A stretch of DNA of 64,000 nucleotides from an uncultured Treponema sp. GTDB lineage: Bacteria > Spirochaetota > Spirochaetia > Treponematales > Treponemataceae. A model generated the notes under the pieces. It was not told the DNA's origin and made no database searches. It was given only the letters and a program-made list of their open reading frames with translations. The number at the start of each line of letters is the position of its first letter. Position 1 is the first letter of the stretch. The position numbers and the translations under genes are program-made. The stretch covers positions 4,096-68,095 of the forward strand of contig CALDID010000179.1 of NCBI GenBank assembly GCA_937901865.1, in the 5' to 3' direction. Below, piece by piece: positions 29,419 to 38,845 of the stretch.

Positions 29419-30183
29419 TTATAATCTTACGGGGATATGTGATTGAGCAAGTTCGCTCTTAATCCTGCCGACCGTGTATTCGCCTGAATGAACCATACTC
29501 GCCACCAATGCCGCGTCCGCTTTGCCTTCGCTCAAGACGCGCGCGAGGTGTTCGCTTTTGCCGCCGCCTCCCGACGCAATAACTGGCACGCTCACATTTT
29601 CCGCAATCATACGGGTCAAATCGATTTCGTATCCCGTCTTCATTCCGTCTGCGTCCATCGAGTTCAACACTATTTCGCCCGCACCCAAACTCACGGCTTT
29701 TTTAGCCCATTCCAATGCGTCAAGTTCGGTCTTCACCCTGCCGCCGTTTATATACACCCGATAGCCGCTCGGCGCGCTGTCGTCTTTCTTTGCGTCCATA
29801 CCCAGTACAATGCACTGATTGCCGAACACCCTTGCGCCCTCGCGGATAAGCTCAGGGTTCTTGACGGCTTGGCTGTTGAGGCTGATTTTCTCTGCACCTG
29901 CAAGGATTGTGCTTCTGATGTCTTCAAGAGAGCCGATTCCGCCTCCCACGCAAAACGGGATAAACACCCTTTCCGCCACGCGTGAGATAAGCTCAAGGAT
30001 AGGCCCCCTCCCGCGCGTAGAGGCGATTATATCGTAGAAAACAAGCTCGTCAACGCCCTGCCTGTAATACTCCGCCGCCATTTCCACAGGGTCGCCGATG
30101 TCGATATTGTTTTGAAACTTCACGCCCTTTGTTGTTCTGCCGTCTTTCACATCAAGGCAGACGATAATTCTTTTTTTAAGCAT
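29419..30183 (-). CDS. hisF: Imidazole glycerol phosphate synthase cyclase subunit
   Basis: KRIIVCLDVKDG, VGGGI, GAGEI and PVIASGG. Confidence 0.97.
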   Translation of the reverse strand: MLKKRIIVCLDVKDGRTTKGVKFQNNIDIGDPVEMAAEYYRQGVDELVFYDIIASTRGRGPILELISRVAERVFIPFCVGGGIGSLEDIRSTILAGAEKISLNSQAVKNPELIREGARVFGNQCIVLGMDAKKDDSAPSGYRVYINGGRVKTELDALEWAKKAVSLGAGEIVLNSMDADGMKTGYEIDLTRMIAENVSVPVIASGGGGKSEHLARVLSEGKADAALVASMVHSGEYTVGRIKSELAQSHIPVRL

Positions 30184-30856
30184 TTCTCCCCTCCGTCAAG
30201 TCGTCTTTTACAAAGTTCTTCAAAAAGCGCAACCCGTTTTCTCCTGATTTTTCGGGGTGAAACTGAAAGGCGGTAACCGAGCCGCACTCCACGCACGCAG
30301 GCACGCGGCAGCCATACTCTGCGTATGCTTTTACTATCGTTTCATCTGTCGGCTGAATTAAATATGAATGAACAAAGTAGAAATCGCTTTTTTCGCCCAC
30401 GCCACTAAAGAGAGATGAGCCTCCGTTTGCAAAAGAAACATCGTTCCAGCCCATGTGCGGCACTTTGAGGCTTATAGCTTGCATAGGAGATGCGACACTT
30501 TGCGAAAAGGCTTCGAGTTCGCTCCAAACGCTTTTGAAGTGTCGGATAGAGCCTTTGAGAATGCCCAAACATTCCACGTCGCCCTCTTCGCTTCTTTCAA
30601 AGATAATCTGAGAACCCAAGCAGATGCCGAGCAATCTCTTTCCCGCCGCCGCCCAATCGCGCAAAAAGGAGTCAAAGCCCGTCAGTTTTAACTGCTCCAT
30701 TGCATACGCCGCCTCTCCCACGCCAGGGAAGATAAGGCGGTCGCACTTCTCTATTTCCAAAGGAGATGATGAGCGGATATACGGCGCACCAAGGCTTGCC
30801 AACGCTCGCTCTACGGACTTGATGTTGCCCGCATTATAATCTACGATACCTGTCAT
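30176..30856 (-). CDS. hisH: Imidazole glycerol phosphate synthase glutaminase subunit
   Basis: DYNAGN, PGVG, GICLG, PHMGWN, YFVHSY and QFHPEKS. Confidence 0.96.
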   Translation of the reverse strand: MTGIVDYNAGNIKSVERALASLGAPYIRSSSPLEIEKCDRLIFPGVGEAAYAMEQLKLTGFDSFLRDWAAAGKRLLGICLGSQIIFERSEEGDVECLGILKGSIRHFKSVWSELEAFSQSVASPMQAISLKVPHMGWNDVSFANGGSSLFSGVGEKSDFYFVHSYLIQPTDETIVKAYAEYGCRVPACVECGSVTAFQFHPEKSGENGLRFLKNFVKDDLTEGRNA

Positions 30857-30944
30857 AGCTTGAATTGTACTTGAAATCGCTGCATTGTTTCAAGACGCGC
30901 CTTAAAGACAAAAAGGGCGAAAACTGCTATACTCACGAGTAGTT

Positions 30945-31715
30945 ATGCGAGAAATATGCTACAAATGCTTTAGAGCAAAAGACAACTGTTTTTGTAAATA
31001 CATTCGCCCCATCAATAGCGGAATAAAGTTCGTGTTTTTAATGCACACGAAAGAGGCGAAACGTCAACGCACAGGCACAGGTCGCCTCGCGTCTTTATCC
31101 CTCGTCGATTCAGAAATCATCGTCGGCATTGACTTTAGCCAAAACGAAAGAATAAAAGAGCTTTTAGCCGACGAGCGATATTACCCGATGGTTTTGTATC
31201 CTGATGAAAACGCGTGGAGTGCAAAGAAAGAGGGCTTCAAAGAAACACTAAAGGGAAAAACACCGCTCGTGTTTGTCTTAGACGCAACGTGGTTTTGCGC
31301 AAAGAAGCTCATTCAAAAAAATGAATGGATTATAAAATTGCCGAAGCTATCGTTTTCGGGGTCTTACACTTCTATTTTCACCTTCAAAAAAGAACCGAGC
31401 GCAGAATGTGTATCGACGATAGAATCCTGCTATTATTTAATCAAAGAAATGCAAGAAGCCGCGCTCTCGCCCGAAGAGGACATATCGAGTTTGATGAGCG
31501 TATTTAAGGCAATGATTCGCTTTCAGCTTGAAATGGAAAATGCGCGCATAGAGGGAAGGATTCCCAATACACACGCAAAGGATTTTCGCTATACAAAGAA
31601 AAAGGAAGTGCCGTCTTACTTATTCGACACAGACAGCGGAAATGTTCCCTCTGCTTCAAAGTCGCCAGCAAGTGCGGAAAAGAGTGCTTTGATAGAGAAA
31701 TCAGACCAGCTGTAA
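30945..31715 (+). CDS. DTW-domain tRNA-uridine aminocarboxypropyltransferase (TapT-like)
   Basis: CYKC...CFC, H..E....TGTG, LYP, LDATW and STIE. Confidence 0.87.
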   Translation: MREICYKCFRAKDNCFCKYIRPINSGIKFVFLMHTKEAKRQRTGTGRLASLSLVDSEIIVGIDFSQNERIKELLADERYYPMVLYPDENAWSAKKEGFKETLKGKTPLVFVLDATWFCAKKLIQKNEWIIKLPKLSFSGSYTSIFTFKKEPSAECVSTIESCYYLIKEMQEAALSPEEDISSLMSVFKAMIRFQLEMENARIEGRIPNTHAKDFRYTKKKEVPSYLFDTDSGNVPSASKSPASAEKSALIEKSDQL

Positions 31716-33391
31716 CCCATAATCACGCTGTCAGCCCAAGACGCAAACGGAAGGGAAAAACTCGGTGCCATCGTGGAAAAGAGAATCACGGGAACGCCAG
31801 TGTCTTTAAGGGTGCTGATTATCTCGGCACTTCCCTTGTCGTCAATTAAGGCGATGACAACATCGTATCCGCTCGCCATTCCTGGCAATCTTCTCGACAT
31901 CCAATCTATATGAATAGGACCTGGGGCATCGTCAAACTTGAATATCGGCGTATTCTCCCCGTAGCAATCTTTGCCAGCTTTTATGAAGTTTTCGAGAGGA
32001 CCGACTAAAAGCACTCGCTTTGTCTTCGCCATTTCGCGCGTAAGAGGGAAATACGAGCCTTTTTTGTACACGCTAATCGCTCTGATTGCTTGGTCTTGAA
32101 AGAACTCCTGCCCCTCTTTATTCGGGATTTGCTCATCGATTTTAGAACTGTCGGGATACAGCGAAACAGCATCGCTATGCTTAAAGTATTTGAGCTTTGC
32201 CAAAATCACCCTGCGCGCCGCAGTTTTGACTTGTTCCCTAAACTTTGCATTCGTCTGCATACGGCTCATATTAGAAGTCCAAAGCGGCTCGTTAAGCTGT
32301 GCAGTCGTGCTTGACAGCAATATATCGTTTCCCGCTTCTATCGCCATACGATACGCGCTCGATAGGCTTCCTGCGTACATAGTAGCCCCGTTCATCATCA
32401 TATCGTCGGTGATGATTAAGCCCTCATAGCCGTATTGTCCTCTGAGTATATCCGTCAAGAACGCTTTTGACAAAGACGCAGGTGTCCCGTCTGGAACGAC
32501 ATTCGGAAAACTCAAATGACCGCTCATAATTGCAGGAATATTCTCTTTAATGAGATACTCAAACGGTACCATCTCCCTTTTCACAAAGGTTTCGTAATCT
32601 ATTTCTATCACAGGCAACTTTCCGTGAGAGTCAAGCCCTGTATCTCCGTGCCCTGGAAAATGCTTTGCTGTCGGGATAACGCCTGCCGCCAAAGAGCCCT
32701 CTGCATACGCCGCGCCCAAAATTCCTGCAAAGTCGGGATTTGAACCAAAGGAGCGCGGACCGATAACCGTCGAATCGAGGTTTGTATATAAGTCTACCGC
32801 AGGCGCAAAGTTCATATTGATGCCCAACACGCCTAGCTCTTTCGCGATATAATATCCTGTGTACCACGCGTCTAACGGACGACCCGATGCGCCGATTGCA
32901 AGGTTTCCTGGAGTGTCGCTCATCTCGCCTTTAACGTGCCGAATCCAGCCGCCCTCCTGGTCTGTCGCAACAAAAAGCGGAATCTGCAAATCTCTGCGCT
33001 GGCTTCGCTCTTGCAGCTCTCGCACGCTTTTTGCAACTTGATGAATATCGTCCGTGTTCCAACCAAAGATTTTGATTGACCCAAGCCCCCTGTCGCTGAC
33101 CCATTGGATAAGAAGCGGACTCGGCTCGGCTCCTGCCCAACCGAACATAAATATCTGGCTCAACAGCTCAGAATCGCTCATTCGCTTTATAAGCTCGTCG
33201 GCTAGAGCCTCATCTTCCATATCGCTCCAAAAGTTTATCTCTTCAACCTGCACTTTTGGCTTTTCGATAGGCGGAAGCTCGTCTATTTCCAGCACGACGC
33301 TTTTCTTATCAAAGCGACACGAGGTATTCAACAAAGAAAACACGAGCAGTGCTAAAAGAAACGGCAAGGATTTATATAATACGCACCGCAT
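31616..33391 (-). CDS. nagZ: GH3 beta-N-acetylhexosaminidase, probable lipoprotein
   Basis: DQEGG, KHFPGHGDT..DSH and IITDDM; lipobox-like LLNTSC. Confidence 0.85.
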   Translation of the reverse strand: MRCVLYKSLPFLLALLVFSLLNTSCRFDKKSVVLEIDELPPIEKPKVQVEEINFWSDMEDEALADELIKRMSDSELLSQIFMFGWAGAEPSPLLIQWVSDRGLGSIKIFGWNTDDIHQVAKSVRELQERSQRRDLQIPLFVATDQEGGWIRHVKGEMSDTPGNLAIGASGRPLDAWYTGYYIAKELGVLGINMNFAPAVDLYTNLDSTVIGPRSFGSNPDFAGILGAAYAEGSLAAGVIPTAKHFPGHGDTGLDSHGKLPVIEIDYETFVKREMVPFEYLIKENIPAIMSGHLSFPNVVPDGTPASLSKAFLTDILRGQYGYEGLIITDDMMMNGATMYAGSLSSAYRMAIEAGNDILLSSTTAQLNEPLWTSNMSRMQTNAKFREQVKTAARRVILAKLKYFKHSDAVSLYPDSSKIDEQIPNKEGQEFFQDQAIRAISVYKKGSYFPLTREMAKTKRVLLVGPLENFIKAGKDCYGENTPIFKFDDAPGPIHIDWMSRRLPGMASGYDVVIALIDDKGSAEIISTLKDTGVPVILFSTMAPSFSLPFASWADSVIMGYSWSDFSIKALFSALAGDFEAEGTFPLSVSNK

Positions 33392-34914
33392 TATCTTACG
33401 CCGATTTTTCTTAAATAATCACGAATACGAACGATTGTGCCGCGCTCAAGCTCGTGCGGAGTGTACAAAAGACATTCGTGGCTTTCAGAAACCCAGTTGA
33501 CCAACAGCCCATTCTTTGGGTTCACCAACTGAAATTCGCTATCTGTCGCCTTTTTGCACAAGAACGAAGAGCCCACAAACTCCAGCGTATCGCCAGATTT
33601 TTCATTCGCCCGCTGCGCCTCATACGCCGCATCATAGCCGCGCCCGATTTCGTCTTTGCTCTGCGCTTCATTGCCGATTTTGCACGCAATGTGATTGAGC
33701 GGGTGAAACGCATAGAGCTTCCAGCCCTCTTTTTTATGCGCACACGGCACGCACCAATCAGGATTTTTGAGCCATTGCTCCCTCCGCGCCTCCTGCGCTT
33801 TTTCCACTTCGTCGGTGAATGACGCATTCAATGCCGCAAACGATTTTCTTCCCTTCTCAAAGATTTCGTCAGCGTCTGCCTCGCTCAACTCTTCGCCCAC
33901 CGTGCCAGAAAGCAAATACGGGCACTCCGCCGCCGCCATCACCGCCTTGTCTGCGTCTGCTCTGCCAAAGAAAAATCCCGTCGTAAACTCGCGGTGGCTC
34001 GTCAAATACAGCTCGTCAATATACGGCTTTGCTTCCTCCGCGCTGATTTTGCCGTCCATCACGTCGAGAGCCTTGCGATACGCGCGCGTAACGAGAGCCA
34101 CATAATAAATGCTCTTCATTCGCCCCTCGATTTTCAGCGAATCCACGCCCGCGTCCTTCATTTCTTGCAAATGGTCAATCATACACAGGTCTTTGCTCGA
34201 AAGAATCGCCGTGAAGTTGTCGCCCTCAAAGACGGGGAAATACTCGTTCGCTCGGCTCTCCTCTTCCAAGACCAAGCCGCCTGACTGCGCGAGAGCTTTC
34301 ACATCGCCTTTAAGCGCGTAATTCCAGCGGCATGTATGAGTGCAAAGCCCGCTCTGACCGCTTCTGCCGTTCATATACGCGCTCAAGAGACATCTGCCGC
34401 TATATGCCACGCACATCGCGCCGTGAACAAAGCACTCGATTTCAAGATTATCCACTTTCTCCTTGATTTCCGCGACTTCCTTGAGCGACACTTCGCGCCC
34501 CAAGACAACGCGCTTAAAGCCCATATCGCGATAGGCACGCGCGGCAAGATAATTCATACAGCTCGCCTGCGTGCTTAAATGCAATTCTGCATTCGGGAAC
34601 TCCTTTTGCAAAATCGGCACCAAGCCCATATCCTGCACGATAAACGCGTCAATCGGGAACAGCTTATAATCGTTAATGCGCGCCAAGAACGAAGCCACTT
34701 CGTCATTGTGAAAGCTGATGTTGAGCGCGCAGTGAAGACGGCGATGAGGAAACTCATTTTTTATCGCAATGATTTTCTTGTAATCGTCTTCAATAAAGTT
34801 GTCCGCCTTAGCACGAAGCGAAAAGCCCCGAAGCCCGATATATGCCGCATCTGCGCCGTATTTGTACGCATAGTAAAGTTTTTCAATATTTCCTGCTGGG
34901 GATAAAAGTTCCAT
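33391..34914 (-). CDS. Peptidase U32 family (TrhP-like tRNA hydroxylation protein)
   Basis: ELLSPAG, HLSTQ, HGAMCVAYSGRC, CTHTCR and KIEGRMK. Confidence 0.88.
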   Translation of the reverse strand: MELLSPAGNIEKLYYAYKYGADAAYIGLRGFSLRAKADNFIEDDYKKIIAIKNEFPHRRLHCALNISFHNDEVASFLARINDYKLFPIDAFIVQDMGLVPILQKEFPNAELHLSTQASCMNYLAARAYRDMGFKRVVLGREVSLKEVAEIKEKVDNLEIECFVHGAMCVAYSGRCLLSAYMNGRSGQSGLCTHTCRWNYALKGDVKALAQSGGLVLEEESRANEYFPVFEGDNFTAILSSKDLCMIDHLQEMKDAGVDSLKIEGRMKSIYYVALVTRAYRKALDVMDGKISAEEAKPYIDELYLTSHREFTTGFFFGRADADKAVMAAAECPYLLSGTVGEELSEADADEIFEKGRKSFAALNASFTDEVEKAQEARREQWLKNPDWCVPCAHKKEGWKLYAFHPLNHIACKIGNEAQSKDEIGRGYDAAYEAQRANEKSGDTLEFVGSSFLCKKATDSEFQLVNPKNGLLVNWVSESHECLLYTPHELERGTIVRIRDYLRKIGVR

Positions 34915-34944
34915 TCAATTCCTCGTTTTATTTTTTTTCTCGCC

Positions 34945-35258
34945 CGTATCAGACATTCTGAATCCTTCGTATCAGACCCTCTGAATCGCTCGTATCAGAC
35001 ACTCTGAATCGCCCGTATCAGACACTCTGAATACTCCGTATTGTAGCCTCTGAATTTGCCAAATTCAGACTTTCACACACTGTGTGTTTACAAAAGCGTC
35101 ATTGACGCGCTTTGAGTATCAGTCTCTCTGACTGCTCCTAGTCAGCCTCTCTGACTGCTCCTAGTCAGCCTCTCTGACTGCTCCTAGTCAGACCCTATGA
35201 CTGCTCCTAGTCAGACTTTCACACTCCGTGTGTTTTACAAAAGCGTCATTGACGCGCT
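34945..35258. repeat. Two adjacent 23-bp tandem arrays, each ending in the same ~47-bp block
   Basis: Array A: 5 x CGTATCAGACACTCTGAATCGCN from 34945. Array B: 4 x TCAGCCTCTCTGACTGCTCCTAG from 35119. Shared block at 35065-35111 and 35211-35258. Confidence 0.9.
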
Positions 35259-36172
35259 GTGTAGTGAGAGCCGATTTTCTCGATAGCGAGATGTGATTCT
35301 GGCAAATACTCGTCCGCCATCTGAAACATAAACGGCATATCTTTCCACACATCGAGCGTGCAATTCACACCGAGCGACGAAAGCCGCGCCGAAAACGCCT
35401 GCGCTTGCTTTAATAACGCCTCGCGAGAGCCCATTTGTATGAACACACTCGGAAAGTTCGCGAGCTGTTCATCGTCTGCGCGCAAAATAGAGATTTCGGC
35501 TTTGTCTAAATCCTCTTTTGCGGCATACACGTCGGCACTGCGGCGAAGGCAATCCGAGCTGATGACCTCGTCAGAGATTTTGCGACCGCTCATAAACGGG
35601 CTTTCAGACGACAAATCAAGCCACGGCGAGAACAAAAGCAGCTCTTTTATATCGCTCTTTGCCGCTTCCCCCATTCCAAGCACATACGCGCACGCAATCG
35701 ACGCGCCTGAGCCATCGCCTGCGATAATGATTTCGGGTTTGCGGTTGTTTTCGTCATCTTCAAGCGACAATGCGGTTTTTTCCTCCGCGATTAAATGCTC
35801 TGCGACGCTCTTTATGTCCTCAAGCGAAGAGGGAAACAAGTGAGTCGGGGGCAAGCGGAATTCGGGCACGACGACACGGCAAGAAGCCACATTCGCCAAA
35901 CTTGCACAGAAATTGCGCCACGAATCGCGAGAACCGCCCACAAACGAGCCTCCGTGCACATAAAGCATAATGCGCTTTGACGAATACACTTCGGGAATCA
36001 GCATATCGCACATCACGCCGCCAAACTCTCGCTCGTTACATTCAACGTGATTGGGAAGAAACACGGTCTTATACGTTTTTTCTATTTTTTCTCTGAAAGC
36101 ATCGACATCTGTCCACGTCGTATACGACATAAGGCGAAGCTTTTTTATTGCAGCTCTAAAGTCTTTGAACAT
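35246..36172 (-). CDS. Alpha/beta hydrolase, HSL-like fold (catalytic residues appear degenerate)
   Basis: YVHGGSF, FRLPP.H.FP, AGDGSGA and SPWLDL. Confidence 0.85.
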   Translation of the reverse strand: MFKDFRAAIKKLRLMSYTTWTDVDAFREKIEKTYKTVFLPNHVECNEREFGGVMCDMLIPEVYSSKRIMLYVHGGSFVGGSRDSWRNFCASLANVASCRVVVPEFRLPPTHLFPSSLEDIKSVAEHLIAEEKTALSLEDDENNRKPEIIIAGDGSGASIACAYVLGMGEAAKSDIKELLLFSPWLDLSSESPFMSGRKISDEVISSDCLRRSADVYAAKEDLDKAEISILRADDEQLANFPSVFIQMGSREALLKQAQAFSARLSSLGVNCTLDVWKDMPFMFQMADEYLPESHLAIEKIGSHYTARQ

Positions 36173-36210
36173 ATCATCTTACTATATCACAGCCGCCCCC
36201 TACTTTTCAA

Positions 36211-36299
36211 CAGGCATAGCCTGCTTTGTAAGAAGCACAGGCTGATTTGTCATAGGCATAGGCTGTTTTGTCAACCGAGAGCTGTTTTGTAGGCATAGG
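36211..36299 (+). repeat. About 4 degenerate ~21-bp CAGGCATAGCCTG(C/T)TTTGT-family units
   Basis: Same family as the repeats at 18298 and 28446. Confidence 0.65.
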
Positions 36300-36324
36300 G
36301 TCTTTTCAAAACACCCTATGGGTG

Positions 36325-36357
36325 AAAAAGATAGGACATTAACAATGCCCTATCTTT
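36325..36357 (-). terminator. Rho-independent terminator after rhaD
   Basis: Minus strand AAAGATAGGGCATT...AATGTCCTATCTTTTT stem with a U tract. Confidence 0.65.
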
Positions 36358-36392
36358 AGGAGGAGGTTAGTATAAAAAAAGATTTTTCGCCT

Positions 36393-37226
36393 TTAGTACG
36401 GCTTTTCGTACAAGAACTTTTCAGGCAAACTTACATGAAAATCCTTTGCAAGCGCGCGGAATTCATCTGCTTGAATTGTCTGCAACTTGCGCGGACTCAT
36501 GGAAAGCACTTTAACAAGGATTTCTGCCGCTTTTTCAACGGTGTGGAAAAGACCGAACGTCAAATCAAAATCTTCTCCAGCGCAGAACATTCCGTGATGA
36601 GCCCAGATTGCAACATCATAGCTCTTCATCAACTTTGAGGTTTCCACCGCAATATCTCTTCCGCCTGGCACCATCCACGGCACAACGCCGATTCCTGCAG
36701 GGAAGACGACAGGACATTCTGTTGCACACTCCCACAGTTCTCTCGTAAACACTTCGTCTTTGAGCGGCAAAACAAAAGTCAACGCAATGACGTTTGTCGC
36801 GTGTGCATGATAGATTACGCGGTAGTTTGGATTGATGTCCTTTTTCACCTCGTGATTCATTAAGTGGCTCGGAAGCTCGCTCGTAGGCTTTCCGCCAGCT
36901 GTCAATCCCCACACAATGCGGTAGTTTTCGCCTTTGTCGTCAAGCTCTACAATGCAGATGTTCTCTTCGGGACAAAGCGGGACATTGCGCATATATTTTC
37001 CGCTTCCGCTGACCAAAAAATACTCCTTCGCCAAATGCGGAACGCTTGTGCCAATCGGTGTCCACGGGCGGTCTGTTTTGAGTTCAGAAGAAACTTCTTT
37101 TATCTCTTCATCTTTGATTCTGTAAGAAAGGTTTCCGCCGTTTCTTTCGTGCCACCCCTGCTCAAAGCCGTCAAAACACATACGGATAAAGCCCTGCACA
37201 AACTTTGCTTCTATTACATTAGCCAT
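36393..37226 (-). CDS. rhaD: Rhamnulose-1-phosphate aldolase
   Basis: GWHERNGGNLS, PTSELPSHL, HAH, ECPVVFP.G and WAHHG. Confidence 0.95.
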   Translation of the reverse strand: MANVIEAKFVQGFIRMCFDGFEQGWHERNGGNLSYRIKDEEIKEVSSELKTDRPWTPIGTSVPHLAKEYFLVSGSGKYMRNVPLCPEENICIVELDDKGENYRIVWGLTAGGKPTSELPSHLMNHEVKKDINPNYRVIYHAHATNVIALTFVLPLKDEVFTRELWECATECPVVFPAGIGVVPWMVPGGRDIAVETSKLMKSYDVAIWAHHGMFCAGEDFDLTFGLFHTVEKAAEILVKVLSMSPRKLQTIQADEFRALAKDFHVSLPEKFLYEKPY

Positions 37227-37246
37227 TGTATTCCCCCAATATCACG

Positions 37247-38773
37247 CTATTTTGCAAGCGAGATGAATTTGTTTCTATAGGTATCATACCCCTTTATCTC
37301 AAAAGAAGATACCCTGTTGTATTCTATATTGATTTGCTCAGAAAGCTGAGTGTGAGTTTTGCCCTCTAGCACCATAACGGCACTCATCGCCGCCCCGAAT
37401 GCAGTAGCTTCTTTCATACTCGTCAGATACACTTCGTTCGACTTTAGCACGCTTGCGATAATCGAATTATAAAGCTCATTCTTTCTAAATCCGCCCTCAG
37501 TGAAAATCTTTGTTTTCTCCTTCAAGCCAGCACGCTTCAAGGCTGTTTCAGTCTGAATGGCAAGCGACAAATCAAGGACTGCAAAGAACTTTTCTTTTCC
37601 CTCTTCGCTCGTCAATAGCTTTGGCACAGCCTTTCCGCTTTGTATGTCGGCTAAAGGATAGAATACGCCCTTTTCCCAAATGCCTGCCTTAGAAGTCGGG
37701 AACTGACCGCTTCCCTGCACAACTTCGGGGAGAATAAACGTATCATTCTCTGCGATAACGGTGTTTACCATGCTTTGCGTGCTTGAAGGGAACTCATCTG
37801 TATTAAAATACTTTTTATACAGCTTTACATAAGTGTCCACTTCCATACCGCCCAAGAAAATCGAAGTCTTCACAGGCTTTCTGAATGCGCTTTGATTATA
37901 GAAGACAATCTTGCCGATATCGTCATCGCTAAACGCAATTTTCTCTTCTGGGTGCATACACACACACCACGTTCCTGTGGAGTTAAGGATAAAATCCCCA
38001 GTGTTGTTCTTTGCAAGATACGGCAAAAGTGAAGCGTTAGAATCATGCAGTCCCATTGTTACCACGACATCGCTTGAAAGCCCCAGTTTTTTCGCCATAT
38101 CAGCAGAGAGAGTACCCAGCTTTTCGCAAGAATCGCGATAGTTCAGAGGGATTTTATCTGTAATCTCTAGCTTTTCCGCCACAGACGACCACTTTTGTGT
38201 ATAAGGGTCAAGCAAATAGGTATGACAACCCATAAACGTAGGCTCAACTCCTTTTACGCCCGTGAACTTAAAGGCGAAATACTGCGGCAGATTAAGGATA
38301 GTTTCTGTATTGTCAAACTCTTTCGGGAAAAACTTCTTTAAGAAGAAAATGCCTTTTGCAAGGTTAATCATTGCAGAAAGGGGAGGTGTTGCCGTCGTCT
38401 TTTGCAAAAACTCCTTATCTCCGCACAGAGCATAGAACTCATCTTCAAAGGCTTTTGAAACCTCGTGCGTATAAAAAAGGCATGGAGCGCACACATTGCC
38501 AGCTTTATCAACGCAAACAGCAGTTGCTCCGTGTGTTGTTATGCTAATCGCTTTGATGGGGTAGCGTTTAGCAAAATTGGCAATTTGCTCTATAAACCAC
38601 CCTTGCATACCGTCAAGGTCGTGCGAATTGATTTCTTCGCTTGTGATAGGAGAACTCACTTTTACAGGCGAAAAGTTTTTATACACTGCCTCTCTTTGAG
38701 AAAGATTTTCATCATATATTGCGACCTTCTTATTGGTCATTCCTATGTCTATAACAGCGATTGCATATTTCAT
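37247..38773 (-). CDS. FGGY-family sugar kinase (probable rhamnulokinase role)
   Basis: VIDIGMTNKK, TTHG, GLHDSNASL, STGTW and EATAFGAA; located inside the rha cluster. Confidence 0.8.
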   Translation of the reverse strand: MKYAIAVIDIGMTNKKVAIYDENLSQREAVYKNFSPVKVSSPITSEEINSHDLDGMQGWFIEQIANFAKRYPIKAISITTHGATAVCVDKAGNVCAPCLFYTHEVSKAFEDEFYALCGDKEFLQKTTATPPLSAMINLAKGIFFLKKFFPKEFDNTETILNLPQYFAFKFTGVKGVEPTFMGCHTYLLDPYTQKWSSVAEKLEITDKIPLNYRDSCEKLGTLSADMAKKLGLSSDVVVTMGLHDSNASLLPYLAKNNTGDFILNSTGTWCVCMHPEEKIAFSDDDIGKIVFYNQSAFRKPVKTSIFLGGMEVDTYVKLYKKYFNTDEFPSSTQSMVNTVIAENDTFILPEVVQGSGQFPTSKAGIWEKGVFYPLADIQSGKAVPKLLTSEEGKEKFFAVLDLSLAIQTETALKRAGLKEKTKIFTEGGFRKNELYNSIIASVLKSNEVYLTSMKEATAFGAAMSAVMVLEGKTHTQLSEQINIEYNRVSSFEIKGYDTYRNKFISLAK

Positions 38774-38845
38774 ATATAATATCATATTTAATTTATCTGT
38801 ATATGCCTTGACAAAAAGCGCAAGCATTAGCACAATATCGTCATA

